64,000 nt of DNA from Leptospira sp. (lineage in GTDB: Bacteria > Spirochaetota > Leptospiria > Leptospirales > Leptospiraceae), in assembly GCA_034439575.1 (NCBI GenBank), contig JAWXAQ010000033.1, forward strand, positions 260,967-324,966, in the 5' to 3' direction. Shown in pieces: positions 54,651 to 64,000 of this stretch (the first letter of the stretch is position 1; each line of letters starts with the position of its first letter). The notes below the pieces were generated by a model. It was not told the DNA's origin, did no database searches, and saw nothing but the letters and a program-made list of their open reading frames with translations. The position numbers and the translations under genes are program-made.

Positions 54651-55277
54651 TTAAAGAAAGGATTCAAGCCTAGAACGCAATAAGGGAAATAAAGTTTTTT
54701 CGTCTAATTTGTCACCTGTGAGGGAAGTGCGAAGTAAAAAACTATCTCGTATCTTTCCGTCTCTGGAATTTGCCGTAAAGCTAATGATATCAATTCCTAA
54801 TTGAAAGAGTGCTTCCGTAATTTGGAATAGAATTCCTGGAGTATCTTTCATTCTTAAATCCATGACTGTAAAGTCAGAAGAGATAGGATTATAGAGTTTG
54901 AGTGCAGCTTCCGGGTCACCGACTTTGCGAGTTAGAACTTCCGCTTTTTGGTAATCACGTAAATACGATTCTACCGATTTTGATTCATAAAAAAGAGAAT
55001 ATAAATCCTTACGAATTTGAGATAACAAAACTTCAGTCATTTCTGCCCCAGTCCAGCTTCTTATGACGAATAAGTCCTGGACATGACCATCATGAGAGGT
55101 TTCAGCAACGGCTTCTAAAATATCCCAACCATGATTATAAAGAACCGAAGTCACGCGGTATAGAATACCTACATCGTCATGAGATAAGGAAATTTTCAGT
55201 AAGGTAGTGTCTTTTCTCGGAACACAGGATACATGTAGAACTGGTTTTTTAGTCTCATTTAGAGTCGTTGTCAACAT
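54651..55277 (-). CDS. Tandem ACT-domain protein resembling the GlnD C-terminus
   Basis: DDVGILYRVTSVL...DILEA..ET..DG.VQDLFVI and N..S.DFTVMDL...DTPGILFQITEAL..LGIDI.....RDSF. Confidence 0.8.
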   Translation of the reverse strand: MLTTTLNETKKPVLHVSCVPRKDTTLLKISLSHDDVGILYRVTSVLYNHGWDILEAVAETSHDGHVQDLFVIRSWTGAEMTEVLLSQIRKDLYSLFYESKSVESYLRDYQKAEVLTRKVGDPEAALKLYNPISSDFTVMDLRMKDTPGILFQITEALFQLGIDIISFTANSRDGKIRDSFLLRTSLTGDKLDEKTLFPLLRSRLESFL

Positions 55278-55422
55278 ATGCTCTCCTTAGCTTCATTTTG
55301 CTTAAATTCCGTACATTCCACTCGATGCATCCTAATTAATAAGCAATAGGGTAGGCTTTCTCATTACTTATTGCAAAAAGGGTACCAAATTGGGCTAATT
55401 TGATAAAAAAGGAAATTTAATT

Positions 55423-56583
55423 TTAAAATGCGATCTTCGCACCCAACATCACTGATTGTACTTTTTGCGATGCCATGGCTTCTAAGGTAATTTTTGTTAT
55501 GAGGGCATTGATTTCAATGCCTGCGATCATGAAATTAGTCGTGTTAGGTGTTTGCGCACTCCCTGATAAATCTAAAGCTAAATTTCCAGTTCTTGTTTGG
55601 CCGAGACTTGCCGAAGGGATAAGTGCTGCCACTTCAGCAGGTAAACTACTAGCAACGGCTCCAGAATCTAGGGCGAGAGTGAGTGGGCCAGACCTTTCAA
55701 GTGTTAAATTCGTTGATCCGAAGTTAAGTGATGTTCCCCCTCCCGCAAAAATAGTTAGTAAGTAGAACATTCTAAATCCAGTGCGGACATCTAAGGGAAC
55801 ACTTGTGATCGTACTATTGTAGTTAAACGTAGTTGATCCACCCCAGGTTCCAATTGCTGGACCTAGTGTAATGGATTGTGTTTTCCCGTCATCATAAGTG
55901 ACATTGATGACTTGCCTTTGGTAATGTAGCCCCATACCAAGAGAAACGCCTGCAAATTCAAAGATACCTAAACCATCTGAATAACTATCAAAAACATGAA
56001 AACGTAAAGTGAAACCACCGTTAGTAATATCACCACCCAATTGTACATTTTTATTTTGAGCTTCTATCGCTTTCTGTACATCACCTTGTGCAAAATTAAA
56101 TTTAAAACCATGAACATATAAGTTAAATCGGTGCATAAAAGTTTTAAGATCGGTTTCTGTATCTGAAGGTCCACCGCCAAGTAACCATCCTATATTGACC
56201 GCCATAACTAGGTTTGGTGACATCGAAGCACCCACATTTGGCAATTTATCGAAGGAAAGGGATTGGTATTGGACATTGATATCTTCTTTTTTTTGTCCAG
56301 AAATACCTACACCTCCTCCGATTTGAAATCTATTTACGATCCCAGGTCCCATAAGTGAAGAGTTAATATTTGTTAGAACTGCGGCTTCCGCCATGGTCGC
56401 GAGAACTTTATCTGTGTATTGAGTTTGAAGGGCTTGGTCAGCATTGTTTAGCTGACTTTTTATGCTCGCGGGTAAAATGGTGCAAGCGTCACCCGTGCAA
56501 GTCACTTCTGCTCCGAGATGAAATGAAAGGCCAAAAAAGAGAAAGGCAGAAGTCAGAATTTTCGGAAAAGTTTTCAGTTCCAT
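55423..56583 (-). CDS. Exported hypothetical protein, probable outer-membrane beta-barrel
   Basis: Signal peptide, Gly/aromatic alternating strands, C-terminal VMLGAKIAF with terminal Phe. Confidence 0.6.
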   Translation of the reverse strand: MELKTFPKILTSAFLFFGLSFHLGAEVTCTGDACTILPASIKSQLNNADQALQTQYTDKVLATMAEAAVLTNINSSLMGPGIVNRFQIGGGVGISGQKKEDINVQYQSLSFDKLPNVGASMSPNLVMAVNIGWLLGGGPSDTETDLKTFMHRFNLYVHGFKFNFAQGDVQKAIEAQNKNVQLGGDITNGGFTLRFHVFDSYSDGLGIFEFAGVSLGMGLHYQRQVINVTYDDGKTQSITLGPAIGTWGGSTTFNYNSTITSVPLDVRTGFRMFYLLTIFAGGGTSLNFGSTNLTLERSGPLTLALDSGAVASSLPAEVAALIPSASLGQTRTGNLALDLSGSAQTPNTTNFMIAGIEINALITKITLEAMASQKVQSVMLGAKIAF

Positions 56584-56732
56584 TCTTTACAATATTCCTT
56601 ATTTGCCCGCATCTTAATAAATATCGGGAAAGTATCTAGACATACTTAAATCTAGATAACAATCAGTGCTTTTATAGTTATCTTCCAATTCAGAGTTTAC
56701 AAGGGTTTTTTTAGGAAAAAGATTGTGTCACA

Positions 56733-57104
56733 ATGCCACAATCAATCGAGAAACGAAAACATGTAAGGGTCAAACCTCTGGACGATGACCCTGTAGAAGT
56801 TCATTTGATGGGCACAAGCCTTCTCTCGGTTCTGACTGCCAATGATATTAGTATGGGTGGTATTGGTATCCTGGCTCCGCATCATTTTGATGAATGGGAT
56901 TTAAATGAAAAAATAGAAATCATCGTGGCACTTCCTGGGGATTTGGCCGATTTTCGGGCAAGAGGTGTGATCAAACAAATTGGAAAAAAATCCACCGATT
57001 TAGGACTTTATGGTGTTCAATTCACGGATATGGGTCCCAAGGGAAAACAAGACCTACTTATCTATATCAATCGTCTGATTCGTAAAAATCGAGCTTTGAA
57101 ATAA
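56733..57104 (+). CDS. PilZ domain (c-di-GMP-binding) protein
   Basis: EKRKHVRV (RxxxR), DISMGGIG (DxSxxG), YGVQF. Confidence 0.9.
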   Translation: MPQSIEKRKHVRVKPLDDDPVEVHLMGTSLLSVLTANDISMGGIGILAPHHFDEWDLNEKIEIIVALPGDLADFRARGVIKQIGKKSTDLGLYGVQFTDMGPKGKQDLLIYINRLIRKNRALK

Positions 57105-57143
57105 TCCTTGAATCACTTTCTAACTATTTCACACTTTGATTAA

Positions 57144-57221
57144 CCGTTAGGGGTGCCGATTTAATTTGGCTGAGAGAGTCCCTAATAACCTGCTCGAGGT
57201 AGTGCTCGCGAAGGGAAACGG
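57144..57221 (+). ncRNA. TPP riboswitch aptamer
   Basis: P1 CCGTT/AACGG, AGGGGTGCC...GGCTGAGA..GTCCCT, ACCTG.TC...GCG.AGGGA; directly upstream of thiC. Confidence 0.92.
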
Positions 57222-57304
57222 GAACATATAGTTTACCTAAAATTTCTGGTATCTTTACTTCCGTTTCCTTCCTGGTTTTTGATTTAGCACCTGCTAACGG
57301 TTAG

Positions 57305-58816
<1,512 letters not shown>

Positions 58817-58875
58817 AAGGACAAATTTTGTCATGTGCTAGAGAAATGTTTTGAAACAAAGTAGGGAGGTTCTCT

Positions 58876-60021
58876 CTACTTTGTTTGTTCTTTTTTTACA
58901 GGTAGAAAAGTGCGACAAGATCCTGGTTTTTTACAGAATTGTTTTTCTATGATATAAGAAAATATCGCTTGGATTCTTTGTGTATAAATAGGCCAAGAAA
59001 AATAATGATCTTGTTTGAAGAGTGGATAAGTGATATTTCCTGGGATATAACTATCTGCGAGTAATGTTAGACCATCATTTGGTCCACGATCTTTTATCTC
59101 TTCATAATAAGGTCGTGCTCTTTCTGTTACATGGCGAGCGAGTGGTACACCCATGATATTGATCAAAAGTATATGATCCGGTTTTTGTAATTCGCCAGCC
59201 ACAGGTGATTTTTCACCACCTTGCATATCGGTAAACCCTTGCCAGTTATAATCTTTCCACCAAAAGTAGAGTTGTCCTTCCATACGATAACGCCATGTGT
59301 TTAAGACTGCGTTGATCGCAAAGGTTCCTTTATTCAAACCACCTACATTGTACCAAGCCTTGACGATTTTATAGAACGGTTCTTTGCCACAGAACTCCAT
59401 TGATTTTTTGACGTCACTGCTCCCTTTACTTAAGGAAGCAAGTATCAATCCATTCACTTCTTTTTTCTCGTATAAGTCTTTTAAATAACCACAAATAAAT
59501 TTGGCATTTTCTTCGATAGTTCCTGTTTGTTCTATGGGAACTATCGTTTCCTTTAGTCCCATAGCAGCCGCTATATCACGAATCCTTCGGCCATCAGTTC
59601 CGAGGTTCGGGTTGTCCTTATAAAACATTCCAGGCACGAAAGCAAAAAGGATTTTTTCACTTTCGTAAAAGGGATATTTGGTGATATATTCTCTTTCTCT
59701 CTTTGCCACAAAATCAAGGAAACTTTTTGAAAGTGGGTCAGTGATCGCTCGATGATAAAAAATTGCAGTCGCAAGATCTGTGTCGCCCGATTCTTCTGTG
59801 ATCTTTTGTAAGTTTTCTCGACTCATGTCACTGAGTTTCGGAAATACTTTTGTGGTTGCCGCGAGATCTATATATTTTTCTTCATCTTCACAAATGTTTT
59901 CTATATAGTATTTATTTTTTAGGCAACTAACACCTTGCACTGGTTTGACTTCGACTTTATTGTCTATATGGCAACTGATGAACAAAATAAGGAAAGCTAG
60001 GAATTTGAATGAGTTTTTCAT
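58876..60021 (-). CDS. Lipoprotein with putative alpha/beta-hydrolase fold
   Basis: MKNSFKFLAFLILFIS-C lipobox; FVPG, ILASLSKG (nucleophile elbow-like), PNDG, DHY. Confidence 0.6.
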   Translation of the reverse strand: MKNSFKFLAFLILFISCHIDNKVEVKPVQGVSCLKNKYYIENICEDEEKYIDLAATTKVFPKLSDMSRENLQKITEESGDTDLATAIFYHRAITDPLSKSFLDFVAKREREYITKYPFYESEKILFAFVPGMFYKDNPNLGTDGRRIRDIAAAMGLKETIVPIEQTGTIEENAKFICGYLKDLYEKKEVNGLILASLSKGSSDVKKSMEFCGKEPFYKIVKAWYNVGGLNKGTFAINAVLNTWRYRMEGQLYFWWKDYNWQGFTDMQGGEKSPVAGELQKPDHILLINIMGVPLARHVTERARPYYEEIKDRGPNDGLTLLADSYIPGNITYPLFKQDHYFSWPIYTQRIQAIFSYIIEKQFCKKPGSCRTFLPVKKEQTK

Positions 60022-60312
60022 GCTATAGGATTTTATAAAAATTTTAGAAACTTTCTCGTTTTCGGATTTCATAGAAATAAAATCCTATTGTTACGACGAC
60101 TTTATTTTATAAGTGAAAGGTAAATTTTCGAAAGATTAGTGACTCTGAACAATAAATTATCTGCAATTCGGAGAGTGAAATTTTGATATCAATATGGAAT
60201 CCAAGAAAAAATTCCATTGTCTTTATACGTTAAAAACAATGGATTTAAGATGAAAATTAAATCCTATCAAAGATAGAAGGTTGATCCTACCAAAATAGAA
60301 TTATATTTAATT

Positions 60313-61443
60313 TTAAAGACCTAGACTTCGGCCAATAATTTCTTTCATAATCTCAGTGGTTCCGGCATAAATGGTCTGGATTCTCGCATCAATGTAGGCC
60401 CTTGCGATCGGATATTCCATCATATAGCCATAGCCTCCAAAAAATTGTAAACATTCATCGGTATGTCTTTTTTGCATTTCTGTCGTATACCATTTTACCA
60501 TAGCGGCTTCGGTAGACGTATTGTTCCCTTTCATATGTTCGATTAAAACTTTGTCAGTAAATACCTGTGCCATCTCCAGTTCAGTTGCCATCTCTGCCAT
60601 TTTGAATTTTGTATTTTGGAAAGAGCCTATCTTTTGTCCAAAGGCTCTACGTTCTTTCACGTATTGCAATGTTAGTTTATGCACAAGTCTAGTTGCCTCA
60701 ACTGCTGCCACGCCGAGTATCAATCTTTCCTGAGCAAGTTTTTGCATCAAATAACGAAAACCTTGTCCTTGTTTTCCAAGAAGATTTGTTTTTGGTACTA
60801 CCACATCGTTGAAATACAATTCGGATGTATCTTGTGCTTTGAGTCCGATTTTATCAAGATTACGACCTCGTTCAAAACCTTTCATCCCTTCTTCAACTAA
60901 CACAAGAGAGATGGTTCCATTGTCATGTTTGACAGCAACAATGACGAGATCAGCTAATTGGCCATTGGAGATAAAAGTTTTTTGTCCATTAACTATGAAA
61001 TGATCTCCTTTATCGACAGCAGATGTGCGAATGGATTTTAAATCGGATCCGGCACCGGGTTCTGTCATCGCAATCGCGAGGATGGTTTCACCAGAGATCA
61101 CCTTTGGCAGCCATTTTTTCTTTTGGTCTTCTGTGCCAAAGGTTGTAATGTATGGTGCAATGATATCACTATGAAGTGACATGAAAAGTCCGCTATTACC
61201 GACTTTTGATGATTCTTCCACAACAATCACATTATAAAGAAAATCTCCACCGGCACCGCCATATTCTTCGGGGATGTCAGGACAGAGTAGCCCGTAGTCT
61301 CCGGCCTTTCTCCAAACTGCTTTTGGTACGATATGATTTTTTTCCCATTCTTCATGATGGGGTTTAACTTCTGTTTCAAAGAATTTGCGAGCCATCTCGC
61401 GGAATTGTTCGTGTTCTTCTGTAAAAGGCAGGATGCGATCCAT
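60313..61443 (-). CDS. Acyl-CoA dehydrogenase (long-chain type)
   Basis: IPEEYGG, AIAMTEPGAGSDL, NGQKTFISNG, ERRAFGQKI, QFFGGYGYM, IYAGTTEIMK. Confidence 0.95.
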   Translation of the reverse strand: MDRILPFTEEHEQFREMARKFFETEVKPHHEEWEKNHIVPKAVWRKAGDYGLLCPDIPEEYGGAGGDFLYNVIVVEESSKVGNSGLFMSLHSDIIAPYITTFGTEDQKKKWLPKVISGETILAIAMTEPGAGSDLKSIRTSAVDKGDHFIVNGQKTFISNGQLADLVIVAVKHDNGTISLVLVEEGMKGFERGRNLDKIGLKAQDTSELYFNDVVVPKTNLLGKQGQGFRYLMQKLAQERLILGVAAVEATRLVHKLTLQYVKERRAFGQKIGSFQNTKFKMAEMATELEMAQVFTDKVLIEHMKGNNTSTEAAMVKWYTTEMQKRHTDECLQFFGGYGYMMEYPIARAYIDARIQTIYAGTTEIMKEIIGRSLGL

Positions 61444-61492
61444 GCGGGAACTCCTTGTGCTAGGAGAATTTTGTCATGTAGCTAAAAATCGG

Positions 61493-63646
61493 TCAATTAT
61501 AAACGGTGTTCAGTTTCATATATACACCAGGATTTTTCTTAATGTACTGAATCGCATCATCTTGGCTAAGAACATAGAGTTCCGTTCCAGGCCAAGCTAC
61601 AAAAGTATAAGTAGAGGGGAGCTTTTTTGTCAGAGGGTAAATTTCTCCGACGAAATCACCAGGTCCTAACTCTCGTATGGTTTTGTGCTTTTGCATTACC
61701 ACAACAGTCCCAGATTTTACAATAAAGGCTTTGTTGAAGGCTTTGCCTTCTTCGACGAGTAACTCTTCTGCTTTCACTGTTTCAAATTTCAGAATCAGTT
61801 CTAGTTGGGTGACTTGGTAACTGGTAAGTCCGCGGAAGGTATGTGATTCCGTAAGAGTTTTCCAAGTATTTGTTTCACGGATGGAATTTAATTTCACAAG
61901 GTTTTCGTGCAATTTGGATCCGCGGATAAATTGAAAAAACCTGGTCTTTTCGATTGTGATCGCAACAACATCTGTTTCTGCATAAACGTCTGCTTGGCGA
62001 AGGGTATCTAGAATCAATGATGCTTCACCAAAATATTCGTAGGTACCATAACGTTTGATCGCTGAGTGGTCTTGGTTCAGTCCTTCAAAACGAACATTGC
62101 CAGAAGCAATGATAAAAAATCGATCACCCCGTGTTCCCTTTTTAATAATTTGCGTTCCGCGTGCAAATTTTTCTTCTTTTGCAATTTGTAAAAACTCTTT
62201 GGCTTTTTCTATAGGGAAACCAGAGAAGATATCTATTTGTGATAATATTTCTAAGAGTTGATATGCTTCTTGGTGTTTGGGAGGAGTGATTTCAGGGTAT
62301 AGCGTATTTTCAATTCCGAACTTAGCAAGAGTAAGGTGAGTTCCTGTCGGCATATCTTTTGCAGCAATGTGATAAACAGTGATTCGTTTTTGAACTTCTT
62401 CAGGAAGAGAAGCCAAATAACTTATCTTTGTGTGTAATGGAGGAACACCTGCTTCATGATAAATAACTTTTCTATCCCAAGGAAAATCCTTCAAAAATTG
62501 GTAACGTGATTCGGGAAGCACGCCTTTTTTATACATATTTTCAAAGGCTTCTGGATCATTCAAATGATCAGAAGTATAATAAAATGACTGGTCTTGAAAG
62601 AAAAATTCGAACCCTACTGAAGGAATGGAATGAATCGCATAATGGAAGTAAAACTCTCCACCATTGATGATAGTAGGTCTACCGATAACTACAGGAATAA
62701 AATCAAATAGATCCGTGATTTCTTTTCGTGGAATCTTTGTTAGACTGCTATACTTACGAAGAAAAGATTCCATAACTGTCGCTGTTGCATAGATTGTGAT
62801 CTTTGATTCTTCTAATATTTTTTGAAAAGTTCCTGCATCATGGTCTGCATGGCAATGTGTTAAGATAATTGAGTTAATTAATTTCGGGTTAACGTTTGAT
62901 TCACGTAACCACTCAGTTGAATTGACTGGTGGGTCTACCATGATCCCTTGCCCGTTTAACCAAATGATAAATCCAGAAGTATTGTCATCTGGATCAAAAC
63001 CATGCGAGGGACCAAGGCAAGTTATACCGATGATGGGAGGTTGGAAAGGTTCTTCTAATCTTTTTCCAATATCAAATTTGACATGAAAATCAACTTCGCC
63101 CGGTATTTTTGTTTTTTTGTCCTGATCAATCACTAGAAATTCATTGCTTGGAAGTTGTTCAATGGTCACAGCACCAAAGATAGCTTTGTGATTTTCGTCG
63201 AATAATACGAATTCTACGACATCATCCATAGATTTGTAACTACGAAAATATGCCATCTCTGCCTTTATATCGGGAAATCCATAGGTGGCTTCCCCATCTA
63301 TAAATTCAGAAGCTAAGTTTAAATCAGAGGGTCCCATCAGAGACTCTCCGAGAACCGATGTTAGCTGTTCCTTTTGTTCCACAGAACAAACGATAAAAGT
63401 TTTTTTACCGCCACGAAAAAAGAAGTTAAAATAAATAGGAAATTCTAATTCGGCAACAGAAATCCCTTTATCGACATGAAAGAATTTATTTGGAAGAACG
63501 AAAACAAGAGGGGTCTTTTTTTCAAGACCCATAGTATCTTTTATCGTTTCAGGTGGAGATCCAAATTGTATATATCCCTCTGATGAATCAACGAGGTACC
63601 CTCCCCGGGGGAGCGCAATGAAACCGTTTGGTTCTGAACTTACCAT
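61493..63646 (-). CDS. Metallo-beta-lactamase-fold hydrolase with two C-terminal cNMP-binding domains (putative cyclic-nucleotide-regulated phosphodiesterase)
   Basis: THCHADHDAG (HxHxDH), HSIP, TSD, HEAG..PLHT; FFIIASG..YFGEASL...RQADV and FIVKSG..GPGDFVGE. Confidence 0.85.
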   Translation of the reverse strand: MVSSEPNGFIALPRGGYLVDSSEGYIQFGSPPETIKDTMGLEKKTPLVFVLPNKFFHVDKGISVAELEFPIYFNFFFRGGKKTFIVCSVEQKEQLTSVLGESLMGPSDLNLASEFIDGEATYGFPDIKAEMAYFRSYKSMDDVVEFVLFDENHKAIFGAVTIEQLPSNEFLVIDQDKKTKIPGEVDFHVKFDIGKRLEEPFQPPIIGITCLGPSHGFDPDDNTSGFIIWLNGQGIMVDPPVNSTEWLRESNVNPKLINSIILTHCHADHDAGTFQKILEESKITIYATATVMESFLRKYSSLTKIPRKEITDLFDFIPVVIGRPTIINGGEFYFHYAIHSIPSVGFEFFFQDQSFYYTSDHLNDPEAFENMYKKGVLPESRYQFLKDFPWDRKVIYHEAGVPPLHTKISYLASLPEEVQKRITVYHIAAKDMPTGTHLTLAKFGIENTLYPEITPPKHQEAYQLLEILSQIDIFSGFPIEKAKEFLQIAKEEKFARGTQIIKKGTRGDRFFIIASGNVRFEGLNQDHSAIKRYGTYEYFGEASLILDTLRQADVYAETDVVAITIEKTRFFQFIRGSKLHENLVKLNSIRETNTWKTLTESHTFRGLTSYQVTQLELILKFETVKAEELLVEEGKAFNKAFIVKSGTVVVMQKHKTIRELGPGDFVGEIYPLTKKLPSTYTFVAWPGTELYVLSQDDAIQYIKKNPGVYMKLNTVYN

Positions 63647-63664
63647 GGGGAAGGGATAAAAATC

Positions 63665-63976
63665 CTACTTATGATTCTCGATAAATTTTTTGATTTGCGG
63701 TTTTGGAAGAGCTCCAATCGCTTTATCAACTAACACACCGTCTTTGTAGAGTAACAATGTCGGAATTGATTGTATGCCGAGTTCTTGTGCAGTCTTTTGG
63801 TTGAAGTCTACATTTAACTTTTTGATTTTAATTTCAGACATTTCTGTAGAAAGTTCATCGAGCACAGGTGCAACCATGCGACAAGGTCCACACCATTCCG
63901 CCCAACAATCAACAAGTACGATACCACTTGCAGTTTCTGTTTTAAAGTTGGCGTCATTGATTTCAGTAAGTGCCAT
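63665..63976 (-). CDS. trxA: Thioredoxin
   Basis: WAEWCGPCR, SIPTL; AAGGAG SD. Confidence 0.97.
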   Translation of the reverse strand: MALTEINDANFKTETASGIVLVDCWAEWCGPCRMVAPVLDELSTEMSEIKIKKLNVDFNQKTAQELGIQSIPTLLLYKDGVLVDKAIGALPKPQIKKFIENHK

Positions 63977-64000
63977 GATTCATTTTCTCCTTTAGGAAAC

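Noticed and set aside
60190-60280. Overlapping AT-rich hairpins (TCCATTGT/ACAATGGA, GGATTTAA/TTAAATCC)
   Set aside because: Short AT-rich stems could arise by chance; no known RNA motif recognised

Overview
Mostly core chromosome of a spirochaete, very probably Leptospira. This rests on the flaA2-flaA1 sheath genes, a LipL71-type LysM lipoprotein, a long-form GreA, spirochaetal lipoboxes and an Ile-Ala tRNA pair with no rRNA. About 55 CDS are present, including hslVU, a pabB-pabC fusion, apbC, arfB, groESL with two CIRCE elements, greA, fur, tgt, nadC, rel/spoT, leuB, argD, pgm, hemW, thiC with a TPP riboswitch, trxA and several signalling proteins, plus three tRNAs. The one clearly accessory segment is about 10.94-13.29 kb, just downstream of groEL. 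It holds a frameshifted gene remnant ending in an intact LAS/MepA-like Zn-peptidase domain (HxxxxxxD...HxH), translationally coupled to a small lipoprotein, which looks like a cell-wall toxin/immunity pair. Next to it is a ~100-nt structured repeat displaying GGA loops. Other notable items are an unannotated protein-kinase-fold ORF in an oppA/GT-C/pgeF run, a GHKL-like ORF divergent from a stand-alone lipoyl domain and a phosphoesterase, a probable ATC start for pabBC, a Glu-for-Asp receiver and an ACT-only GlnD-like protein. No CRISPR, rRNA, transposase or integrase was seen. All calls come from motif recognition by eye, with no database searches.
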